Assembly: GCA_004212095.1 (NCBI GenBank)
Contig: RXIJ01000032.1
Coordinates: 1 to 49,808 of the forward strand
Origin: Methanosarcinales archaeon
Lineage (GTDB): Archaea; Halobacteriota; Methanosarcinia; Methanosarcinales; EX4572-44
Direction of reading: 5' to 3'
DNA: 49,808 nucleotides
Shown here piece by piece: positions 8,440 to 16,076 of this stretch (position 1 is the first letter of the stretch; the number at the start of each line of letters is the position of its first letter). The notes below the pieces were generated by a model, which was not told where the DNA came from, searched no databases, and was given only the letters and a program-made list of their open reading frames with translations. The translations under genes were made by a program, and so were the position numbers.

Positions 8440-9549
8440 GTGGTTAGGATGGTAGAGGAATACAGGGTAAAATATGATAGCCTTCGCAGGGATTTTATCG
8501 CAAAGGAGGCAGAGATTGGTGAGCTTAGAACCAATGTAAAGAGGCTCCAGCTTGAGCGTTCGAATATACCACCAGATCGCCTCGTTTCAAGCTTTGGAGA
8601 TGCGCTTGAGAAGATGCAGATCGCCCTTTCAGAGAAGAGTACGCGTGTTAAGTATCTTGTCAGCGATATGGAGGTTGAGTTAAAGACAAATGTGGCATTT
8701 AACGATGATAAGAATGAGATATCCTACCAGCTTCCAAAACTTGATGACACGTTACCTCCTGAAAACCTGAGCACGATCCGTTTCAAGATTAAGATGCTGC
8801 CAGGAGAAAAGGTATCTGGTGAAGAAGTCTTTGACTATGATGAAGTTCCGAACCTCCATTATCTCACGCTCGATGATGCAAAGTACCGGATAACGTTAAA
8901 GGGGTTCACGGTTGGCGAAATCAGTTATGAAAGAACCAATCGGGTTGAACCAGGTGTTGTTCTTTCACAGATTCCATCTCCATTCTCGCTTGCAGCCCCC
9001 AAAAGCCCTGTTGACTTAACGGTCGCAGAGCCTACTCTGAAACTGACAAAAGTCCCAAACCTCACTAGTCTCTCGCTCGAAGAGGCAGAAAAAGTTTTAA
9101 AATCAATTAATCTGGAAAAGGGAAAGATTACAGAGCGAAAAAGCGAATTGTTACCAAATACCGTGATAAAACAGAGTGTCAAAGCCGACGAAGAGGTTAA
9201 AATTGCGACCGTGATTGATCTCGTGGTTGCAAAAGAGAAAGAAAAACCTGTCGATGTGAAACTGACAAAAGTCCCAAACCTCACTGGTCTCCCACTCGAA
9301 GAGGCAGAAAAAGTTTTAAAATCAATTAATCTGGAAAAGGGAAAGATTACAGAGCGAAAAAGCGAATTGTTACCAAATACCGTGATAAAACAGAGCATTG
9401 CAGCTAATAAAGAAGTTAAAATCGGTAGCACGATCAATATTGTGATTGCAGCGAAACAGAGAAAAATAGATCTTCGTTTAAAGAGATCGCAGGCAAGTCT
9501 AAGAAAAGCAAACCCAAGAAAAACCAATAAGAATGTAAAAGCGTTGTAG
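8440..9549 (+). CDS. coiled-coil protein with three PASTA-like repeats and a basic tail
   Basis: The N-terminus has heptad-like sequence (RRDFIAKEAEIGELRTNVKRLQLE). The repeats read KVPNLT(S/G)L(S/P)LEEAEKVLKSINLEKGKITERKSELLPNTVIKQS...I(D/N)(L/I)V(V/I)A, which fits the PASTA consensus (vPdv.G.s..eA...L...gL..g......s...p.g.Vi.Q.P..g..v..g..v.l.vs). Confidence 0.65.
   Translation: MVRMVEEYRVKYDSLRRDFIAKEAEIGELRTNVKRLQLERSNIPPDRLVSSFGDALEKMQIALSEKSTRVKYLVSDMEVELKTNVAFNDDKNEISYQLPKLDDTLPPENLSTIRFKIKMLPGEKVSGEEVFDYDEVPNLHYLTLDDAKYRITLKGFTVGEISYERTNRVEPGVVLSQIPSPFSLAAPKSPVDLTVAEPTLKLTKVPNLTSLSLEEAEKVLKSINLEKGKITERKSELLPNTVIKQSVKADEEVKIATVIDLVVAKEKEKPVDVKLTKVPNLTGLPLEEAEKVLKSINLEKGKITERKSELLPNTVIKQSIAANKEVKIGSTINIVIAAKQRKIDLRLKRSQASLRKANPRKTNKNVKAL
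9038..9475 (+). repeat. in-frame 219-bp tandem duplication (two PASTA units)
   Basis: tgaaactgacaaaagtcccaaacctcact starts at 9038 and again at 9257. The first ~139 bp are nearly identical (a handful of mismatches) and the remainder is clearly diverged. Confidence 0.85.
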
Positions 9550-9570
9550 GATGGATAAAGAGGGTGAGAG

Positions 9571-9819
9571 ATGAACATTGAGACATTTATCGTCCAGTTA
9601 AACAGACCTCTGACGACAAATAAAATTGAAGCTTTCAAAAAAGCGGTGATTGAACGTGGTGGCACAATCAAGCTTGTGGCAAACAAGGGCGCCTTTGTCA
9701 TAAGCATCGATCATATCTTCTCCAATGAACTTAGAGCCATGTCGATTGTAAAGCTCATCGGCGGTGTTGGCATACGCAAGCATAGTGTGCCCCCTATCAA
9801 GAAACGGACTGAAACCTAA
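9571..9819 (+). CDS. hypothetical small protein (82 aa)
   Basis: An RBS-like ggtgag precedes the ATG. It is co-directional with and tightly spaced after the PASTA gene. Its 3' end runs into direct-repeat copy 1. Confidence 0.5.
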   Translation: MNIETFIVQLNRPLTTNKIEAFKKAVIERGGTIKLVANKGAFVISIDHIFSNELRAMSIVKLIGGVGIRKHSVPPIKKRTET

Positions 9820-9902
9820 GTTTGACAGATTCTATTCTTTCTGAAATATAACGCCCCCTCTTTTAGCCTGTAAGTTTTTGTGTTTTGTCAGGAAAATTCA
9901 AT
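9802..9902. repeat. direct repeat copy 1 (~100 bp) flanking the bacterioferritin-like gene
   Basis: aaacgga...cctaagtttgacagattcta...cctcttttagcctgtaagttt..tgtgttttgtcaggaaaattcaat matches 10501..10606 at roughly 90% identity by eye. Confidence 0.85.
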
Positions 9903-9984
9903 TGATAATCCTAATTACTTTAGTAATCAGGACTTACTTACAGAGCAAGCATAAAAGAATGAAAAGGCAGTTGATCAAACTTAT

Positions 9985-10401
9985 CTATTGTTTTAGTTTC
10001 TCTAGCTGTAATCGAAACTCTTTACGGTGTCTTTTTTCTTCATCCAGAATGTGTTTCAACGTTCCAACAGTTTCAGCATCACTTTCACCAATTAAGTCTA
10101 TCTGCTCTTGATACCGCTTAACAGCATAGTTTTCCAAATCATACTGCTTCTGCAAATACCCTTTAAGATCCTCACTCCCAAAATCAAGCTCCTTATGCTC
10201 CATTACCGGAACGCCACCTTTTTTAACGATGAGATCTCCAAGCCAGTTCATATGACGCATTTCATCGATGGCAATGGCTTCGGTCAACCTGCTTGGCACA
10301 CAATTCTTCATGAGGAAAGCGTTTCTCATATAGACCATAGATACTTCAATCTCTAATACAAAATCCTGATTCAACAACCGTATTATCTCTTTATCGTCCA
10401 A
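9985..10401 (-). CDS. ferritin-like / bacterioferritin-family protein
   Basis: It shows the four-helix-bundle di-iron pattern: LNQDFVLEIEVSMVYM, AIDEMRHMNWLGDLI, LENYAVKRYQEQI and ILDEEKRHRKEF. It has a TTG start. Confidence 0.7.
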   Translation of the reverse strand: MDDKEIIRLLNQDFVLEIEVSMVYMRNAFLMKNCVPSRLTEAIAIDEMRHMNWLGDLIVKKGGVPVMEHKELDFGSEDLKGYLQKQYDLENYAVKRYQEQIDLIGESDAETVGTLKHILDEEKRHRKEFRLQLEKLKQ

Positions 10402-10500
10402 AACAACAACATCCTTTTAGTTTTAGTTGTAGAATTAGTAATCTTCATATCATAAAAAAGTTTCGGAATTAAATTATAGTCGCCTGTATAACATTTGATA

Positions 10501-10606
10501 AAACGGAGTGTCTTTTAACCTAAGTTTGACAAATTCTACTCTTTCTGAAAGATGGCGTCCCCTCTTTTAGCCTGTAAGTTGTTGTGTTTTGTCAGGAAAA
10601 TTCAAT
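10501..10606. repeat. direct repeat copy 2
   Basis: See 9802..9902. Confidence 0.85.
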
Positions 10607-10652
10607 CCCTCGAGACCAAAGATATCAAAGACTTCTCCCTGATTAATCCAAC

Positions 10653-10877
10653 TCACCCAAGCTCTGCTGATACTAAAATTCTCAAGTAAAGCTTATAGCT
10701 CACAAGAGCCATTACCAACGAATTTAGATCCTTGCCATTCTTCTCATATTTACCAAAGACAGCAGGAAAACCGGGTTTTTCATACTGCCTACAAACAGCA
10801 AAGATCGTCCCAACCGGAAAATAAATATTATCATTTAGGGTGATACCAAACGTCCCCAGTCTTGTTTGACTAAACAT
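10653..10877 (-). CDS. hypothetical 74-aa ORF, possibly a gene fragment
   Basis: It is only an open frame downstream of pyrF on the same strand, with no recognisable motifs. Confidence 0.2.
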   Translation of the reverse strand: MFSQTRLGTFGITLNDNIYFPVGTIFAVCRQYEKPGFPAVFGKYEKNGKDLNSLVMALVSYKLYLRILVSAELG

Positions 10878-10930
10878 AAACTAAACTCAACTGAGAACAC
10901 TCCTGATAAACTACAACTGTCAAAGTTAGG

Positions 10931-11683
10931 TTACAATACTCCTGCGATATCCTCGATGACATTCAAGCATGCTTGGATCCTGTCAGAGGCCCCTGTTATT
11001 GCCCTGCCTATGACGAGTATGGAAGCGCCATCTTTTACCGCATTTGAAGGAGTCATAACCCTTCTCTGGTCTACCCCTGCCTCTGCCCCCTGCCTCCTGA
11101 TTCCGGGCGTTATAAACATAAAATCAGCAGGAAGCTCGGACCTAATATGCAAAAGATCAGCTCCGCTGCATACTATGCCAGAAAGACCTGCTTCTTCTGC
11201 AAGCTTTGCAAGGCAGAGAACCTGCTCATCAACAGCTCCTGGAATGTTTAACTGGTTGTTCATAATATCCTTATCTATGCTGGTAAGAATCGTCACGCCT
11301 ATGACTTTTGGCTTCTTGGTGACGTCTGCTTCTAAGACTCCTGCAACTGCTGCCTTCATCATCTCTAACCCCCCCAAAGCATGAATATCGAAAATTTCAA
11401 CCCCAAGTTCTGCTGCTGCAACTGCCGCTCCCCTGACTGAGTTAGGAATGTCGTGATACTTGAGATCCAAGAAAACTTCCGAACCATAAGATTGAACAAG
11501 ATTCACAGCCGCTGGTCCAAATCTTGTGAAAGTCTCCTTTCCTATCTTGAAAAGTCCAACAACAGGATTTAGTTCCTCTACTCGGCCCTTAATCTCATCC
11601 ATGCTTTTTAATCCATCAAGTGGCAGACATATCATCTTTCTTGCAGCCTCCTCTTTTTCGTTAAGTTCTCTCATTAATATCAC
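10931..11683 (-). CDS. pyrF: orotidine-5'-phosphate decarboxylase
   Basis: Motifs are LDLKYHDIPNSV, ILTS and ITPGIR. The GTG start abuts the pyrE stop; ATG 11674 is an alternative start. Confidence 0.9.
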   Translation of the reverse strand: MILMRELNEKEEAARKMICLPLDGLKSMDEIKGRVEELNPVVGLFKIGKETFTRFGPAAVNLVQSYGSEVFLDLKYHDIPNSVRGAAVAAAELGVEIFDIHALGGLEMMKAAVAGVLEADVTKKPKVIGVTILTSIDKDIMNNQLNIPGAVDEQVLCLAKLAEEAGLSGIVCSGADLLHIRSELPADFMFITPGIRRQGAEAGVDQRRVMTPSNAVKDGASILVIGRAITGASDRIQACLNVIEDIAGVL

Positions 11684-12355
11684 CTAATTTTTCTTTTCTC
11701 CCCCGGAAAATCCATGTTTTGGCCCCCATCCAGTGGGGTCAGAATTCCACTCCCGAATCAATGTAAGCTTATCGTTCTCAATAAAGTCGTTCTCTGCAGC
11801 AACTCTTATCAAAGTAGAGAAATCTGTCAAAAAAATCGTATTGCATTTACCTTCCTCAAATTTCGTCTTTGCATTTTCAAATTCATACGTGAATATCGCA
11901 ACCACAGCCTGTACGTACGCATCTGCTTCGAGACATGCCTCCACAGCATTAAAACTGCTTCCGCCAGTGCTTATAAGATCTTCTACAACTACAACCTTCT
12001 TTCCAGAGATGTTTCCCCCCTCGATAAGGTTATCTTTTCCATAACCCTTGGATTTTTTTCTGATATACACCATGGGCTTATCGAGGCGATCGGCAACGAG
12101 TGCAGCCCATGATATTGCTGACGAAGCTGTACCTGCAATAATTTCAGGGTCAATCTCTTTTATCTTTTCTGCAAGAGAATCGGCAATGGCACTCCTTTCT
12201 CCAGGGTAAAAAGTCAGTTTTCTGTTATCGCAATAGATGGGGCTTCGCATTCCTGAGACGTATGTGTATGGCGTCTCTGCATTAAGTGTGACTGCTTCTT
12301 TTTCCAGCAGGATTTTTGCTATTTGTTCTTTTGAATCATCTCTCATCAAAAACAA
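11684..12355 (-). CDS. pyrE: orotate phosphoribosyltransferase
   Basis: The PRPP-binding motif is VVVVEDLISTGGS, with SGMRSPIYCDNR near the N-terminus. The likely ATG is at 12346 (MRDDSKEQ). Confidence 0.9.
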   Translation of the reverse strand: MFLMRDDSKEQIAKILLEKEAVTLNAETPYTYVSGMRSPIYCDNRKLTFYPGERSAIADSLAEKIKEIDPEIIAGTASSAISWAALVADRLDKPMVYIRKKSKGYGKDNLIEGGNISGKKVVVVEDLISTGGSSFNAVEACLEADAYVQAVVAIFTYEFENAKTKFEEGKCNTIFLTDFSTLIRVAAENDFIENDKLTLIREWNSDPTGWGPKHGFSGGEKKN

Positions 12356-12423
12356 CTCCCCCTTTTAGGGTACTTGTTTCTTGACGTACAGGGAAGTATA
12401 AATGCACTTTCTTCTCTTGCTAC

Positions 12424-12666
12424 TTATTTTCTATGCACTCGACTGCTTCGCACTCGAGAATTAAAAGTTGCCGGTTATTTTCTATGCACTCGACTGCTTC
12501 GCACTCGAGAATTAAAAGTTGCCGGTTATTTTCTATGCACTCGACTGCTTCGCACTCGAGAATTAAAAGTTGCCGGTTATTTTCTGCGAAAGCGAAGTTG
12601 TACAGTGCTTTCGCAACCAAGAGTTAAAAGTTGCCGGTTATTTTCTGCGAAAGCGAAGTTGTACAG
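12424..12666. repeat. composite tandem array: 3 x 51-bp units followed by ~1.5 x 61-bp units
   Basis: Unit starts (ttattttct) fall at 12424, 12475, 12526, 12577 and 12638. All units share the flanks ttattttct...ttaaaagttgccgg but carry two alternative cores. The 61-bp core contains ttctgcgaaagcgaagttgtacag (12582..12605 and 12643..12666). Confidence 0.9.
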
Positions 12667-12679
12667 ATTATAATGGTTT

Positions 12680-13480
12680 TCATTCACAGCCTCTCCATCT
12701 TACATAATCTGAAACAGGAACTTTCTTCCCTGACTTAATCCTTGCAAAATGATTGAACTCCGGATTGCCTTCCACATCTTTTGATTCAAATACCGGCCCT
12801 TCCTTGCAGACAACCTTGTCCCCACACATACACTGCCCGCACACACCAAATCCACATTTCATATATCTCTCCATGCTTATAAAGCATTTTTTTCGGTGCT
12901 TTTTGCAGATCTCAATCACCCTTGACATCATGATTTCAGGTCCGCAGCAGAAGACCTGGGACACTTTATCAGGAGCAGATAATTTCCCTTCTAAAATCTC
13001 TGTGACAAATCCCTTCTTTCCAAAAGTCCCATCGTCTGTAGTGAAATGAGCATCCTTGAAACGGTTCCTGAAAAGGAGCATATCTTTTGATCTTGCACCA
13101 ATAATACTATTTGACTTCTTTATTTTTTCTATCAATGGAGCCAGCGAAGACACACCACACCCACCCCCAATTACAATAGTACTGGAATCCGGATCAGGGA
13201 ACCCGATTCCATAAGGACCACGTATGCCAATTATGCCTGCTTTCTTCGTGCCAGCAAGTTTCTTCGTGAACTTGCCCTTAACTTCAAATGTTATACCTAT
13301 TCGGTCTTTCTCAAGATAACTTACGCCAAATGGCTTTTCATCAACGCTTGGAATCCATACCATCACAAACTGACCTGGAACAAAACCATCAAGAGTATTT
13401 TTGACAAAAATAGTGAAAAGGTCTTTTGCTTCCTTTTCAATCTCAAGTATCTCCAGTGACATTGGGTAATCATCCCTCAT
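12680..13480 (-). CDS. pyrK: dihydroorotate dehydrogenase B electron-transfer subunit
   Basis: It has an FAD/NAD-binding fold and a C-terminal 2Fe-2S motif CGFGVCGQCMC...C. ATG 13480 is chosen; the ORF-track TTG 13492 lies inside the repeat. Confidence 0.85.
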   Translation of the reverse strand: MRDDYPMSLEILEIEKEAKDLFTIFVKNTLDGFVPGQFVMVWIPSVDEKPFGVSYLEKDRIGITFEVKGKFTKKLAGTKKAGIIGIRGPYGIGFPDPDSSTIVIGGGCGVSSLAPLIEKIKKSNSIIGARSKDMLLFRNRFKDAHFTTDDGTFGKKGFVTEILEGKLSAPDKVSQVFCCGPEIMMSRVIEICKKHRKKCFISMERYMKCGFGVCGQCMCGDKVVCKEGPVFESKDVEGNPEFNHFARIKSGKKVPVSDYVRWRGCE

Positions 13481-13643
13481 ATACAACACCAATTATTTCC
13501 TTTTAGTTTATTTGTTCTACACAACGAAGTTGTGTAGGTAATCATCCCTCATATGTAACACCAATTATTTCCTTTTAGTTTATTTGTTCTACACAACGAA
13601 GTTGTGTAGGTAATCATCCCTCATATGTAACACCAATTATTTC
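13465..13643. repeat. tandem repeat, 72-bp unit x ~2.5, spanning the pyrK start and the pyrD stop
   Basis: ggtaatcatccctcatat starts at 13465, 13537 and 13609. Each full unit contains the hairpin ctacacaa-cgaag-ttgtgtag (motif at 13515..13537 and 13587..13609). Confidence 0.9.
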
Positions 13644-14534
13644 TTTGAGAGACAAATGTCCTTTTTTCTTCATCCAGTCTTCCATCTCGTTTGCAATCTT
13701 CTTGAAAACATCAAACCCCCGATAATATATGCCAGTCCCGACTCCCAGTGCTGATGCTCCAGCCATCATCATTTCGATTGCATCTCTCCCAGTTGTAATT
13801 CCGCCAGTACCAATAATAGGAATCTTTATTGATTGATAGATATCATAAACGCATCTTACTGTAACAGGAGTTATCGCAGGGCCGCTAATACCACCTACCT
13901 TGAAATCCAGTATCGGCTTTCCGGAATCTATATCAATCCTCATGCCAGGCCCATGCGTGTTGCCCATGTTTATTGCGTCTGCACCTGCCTTCTCGGCAGC
14001 TTTCGCCACAATAGTAAGGTCAGGAACATTGGCAGATAGTTTGATTATGATGGGGAGTCTGGTCGCTTTCCTGACTGCTTTTGTTATTCTGTATGTCGCT
14101 TCAGGAGTTCCCTGTCCAGCCAGAACCCCAAATCCCGGTGTATGCGGGCACGATAAAGGAATTTCGATTGCATCAAACTTAATGTCCTTTAACTCCTCAA
14201 TAACAGCGACAAAATCCTCTGCTTTAGTCCCTATTACACTTCCAATTACAGGAACACCGATTTTATCAATATCTGAGAATTCTTTTTTTGCCTCGATCAT
14301 CCCTGGATTTGAGTAACCGACAGCATTCATGAAAACATCTCCAAACGAGAACATGGTAGGATTGTTATGCCCCAATCTTTCCTCTTTAGAGATTGATTTA
14401 ATCGTTACAGCGCCAGCACCATTATCAGCAATCTTATTCATAGAGCCTACAGAGGTGCCCATTATGCCTGAAGCCAATATAAGCGGATTGGATAGCTTCA
14501 TGCCTAAAAAATCTGATTTTATTGTTATCATCAT
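13614..14534 (-). CDS. pyrD: dihydroorotate dehydrogenase (class 1B catalytic subunit)
   Basis: It is a TIM-barrel flavoenzyme with ASGIMGT, NAVGYSNPG, IELPLSCPHT and GGISGPAI, and sits next to pyrK. Confidence 0.9.
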   Translation of the reverse strand: MMITIKSDFLGMKLSNPLILASGIMGTSVGSMNKIADNGAGAVTIKSISKEERLGHNNPTMFSFGDVFMNAVGYSNPGMIEAKKEFSDIDKIGVPVIGSVIGTKAEDFVAVIEELKDIKFDAIEIPLSCPHTPGFGVLAGQGTPEATYRITKAVRKATRLPIIIKLSANVPDLTIVAKAAEKAGADAINMGNTHGPGMRIDIDSGKPILDFKVGGISGPAITPVTVRCVYDIYQSIKIPIIGTGGITTGRDAIEMMMAGASALGVGTGIYYRGFDVFKKIANEMEDWMKKKGHLSLKEIIGVTYEG

Positions 14535-14642
14535 TATTTCGTTAATCTGTTATGGTTTAAGCCACATATGCGCCGCCCCCGATTAAAACCGGGGCATCCT
14601 TGTTAAGTTCCATAACTAATATTATACATATCAGTTTTAAGT

Positions 14643-14849
14643 CTATGCTACTTTTCCCTGTAGCAACTCAAAGAACTCTTCAACGGTTAACCCAGCATCC
14701 CTTATGATGTTTCTGAGTGTTCCTTTTTTCACTACACGATAATTAGGCACTACAACGCGAACTTGGGGATGTTTTTCCATACAAAGTGTGACATGATTGC
14801 CCTTCTGGTGATGTGCGTAAAATACTGCACGTTTTAAGGATTTAATCAC
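14643..14849 (-). CDS. hicA: HicA-family toxin-like protein
   Basis: QKGNHVTL...VVPNYRVVKKGTLRNIIRDAGLTVEEFFELL fits HicA. The homologous frame continues upstream (ITKIPVVSGEQV) without any ATG/GTG/TTG before GTG 14849. Confidence 0.6.
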   Translation of the reverse strand: MIKSLKRAVFYAHHQKGNHVTLCMEKHPQVRVVVPNYRVVKKGTLRNIIRDAGLTVEEFFELLQGKVA

Positions 14850-15275
14850 TTGTTCTCCCGAGACAACAGGAATTTTTGTTATATGGTTACTTCCTTAATA
14901 ACTACTTTATATCTCATTTCCTTACCACCATTTAATAATAGAAATATTTTTGATATTTAAAAGGCTTTCCATCTTCATAGCCTTGCACTTTTTAAATTTT
15001 ATCGATATCCACAGTAAATTTCTTCAAATTAATCTTATAAAAAAACTAAAGCCCGGTGAGGTTTGAGGTAAAATACACGTTGATGTGGGGGTAACTTCCT
15101 TAATTTCACAATATAAAAAATAGCTATCGATATCGATTTCCATGTAAAAAGCAACTTCACCCAATCTACATAGATTATATAGTTAAACACCCAACTTTTA
15201 GGACTTTTGAATGTGTGGCGCAAATTTATTAATCCATGATTTAACGTAGCTTAATTTCTTTGAACATTCAAAAAA

Positions 15276-15299
15276 CTGCACAACTTCACTTTCGCAGAA
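15276..15299 (-). repeat. single copy of the 24-nt motif (reverse orientation)
   Basis: ctgcacaacttcactttcgcagaa is the reverse complement of ttctgcgaaagtgaagttgtgcag. It lies just downstream of the nucleosidase gene stop. Confidence 0.8.
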
Positions 15300-15353
15300 C
15301 TGTACACGGAGCGTACAGTTGTTAATTCTTGATTGAGTTATCAATCAAGTGCA

Positions 15354-16076
15354 TCATATTTCCTTAAGCAGTGTAAACACTGCCTGCTGGCATCTTGATG
15401 TTGCAAGTGGTAGATTCCATACCTGTTCAGACCTGTCCACGACAAGATTACTGATTCCCCGGACTTCAACAAGTGGAACATCATAAATGGTGCACACATG
15501 AGCTGCTGCTGCACCCTCCATGTTTTCGCATATGCCACCAAAAAGACGATGTAAGCGTTCACCTTGTTTTTGTGTGCCTGAGCAGCAAGACATAGTAACA
15601 AATGTACCAGTACGTGGTGCATAGCCGTTATTTTTCAAAACTTCCATAGCGCGTTTAGATAGCTCAGCATCCAGTAAAAATTCATTATAACAGGTGTTCC
15701 CTGGTGTATCAATAGTTGGCAGATTTATCTGTTGAAGATCGCAAAAACCATCTGGCGTGAGAATCCCTTCGTCACCATATACCTCCTTTGTAGCTACTGT
15801 TAAATCTCCGGTTGTTATCCCTGTATCCGTATAAGCTCCAGCACACCCAAACAGAATCACCCTTTGAGGGTTTATTTGTTCCATGATTGCCGTTAATGTG
15901 TGCGATACATTGGTTTTTCCAACCCCGCTTACAACAAGCAGGATCTCATTGCCGGCGAGTTCTCCCAAGTGTGCTTGCCTTTTTCCTATAGTCATTGAGA
16001 TAGTGTTTTTGATTTTATCATTGAGGTGTTCTGCCTCAGCTTTCACAGAACACAACAGTACGGTAATCTCATGCAT
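15354..16076 (-). CDS. PNP/UDP-1-family nucleosidase, futalosine hydrolase (MqnB)-like
   Basis: Motifs are LLVVSGVGKTNVSHT, ILFGCAGAY and ENMEGAAAAHVC, in the style of MTA/SAH nucleosidases. The ~240 aa length is typical of MqnB. The subfamily call is tentative. Confidence 0.6.
   Translation of the reverse strand: MHEITVLLCSVKAEAEHLNDKIKNTISMTIGKRQAHLGELAGNEILLVVSGVGKTNVSHTLTAIMEQINPQRVILFGCAGAYTDTGITTGDLTVATKEVYGDEGILTPDGFCDLQQINLPTIDTPGNTCYNEFLLDAELSKRAMEVLKNNGYAPRTGTFVTMSCCSGTQKQGERLHRLFGGICENMEGAAAAHVCTIYDVPLVEVRGISNLVVDRSEQVWNLPLATSRCQQAVFTLLKEI

Noticed and set aside
8925-9707. 260-aa minus-strand ORF.
   Set aside because: It is antisense to the PASTA-repeat gene, repeats itself because of the 219-bp duplication, and has no motifs. 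The plus-strand frame has the clear domain pattern.
10866-11384. 172-aa plus-strand ORF, plus similar antisense ORFs over pyrE, pyrD and serA (11714..12112, 13900..14316, 16222..16674).
   Set aside because: Each lies opposite a gene with unambiguous enzyme motifs, and none has motifs of its own.
12374-12673. Three overlapping ORFs (12374..12673 +, 12433..12627 +, 12420..12620 -) with internally repetitive translations, and the possibility that the array is a CRISPR.
   Set aside because: The ORFs are by-products of the 51/61-bp tandem units staying open in several frames. The units abut each other without unique spacers, so this is not a CRISPR array. No cas genes are in the window.
14900-15350. 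AT-rich ~450-bp gene-free gap containing ORF 15035..15223, considered as a possible replication origin or ncRNA locus.
   Set aside because: There are no repeated ORB-like boxes, no adjacent cdc6/orc1, and the ORF has no support. Only the solitary 24-nt motif and terminator-like hairpins near 15300..15350 stand out.
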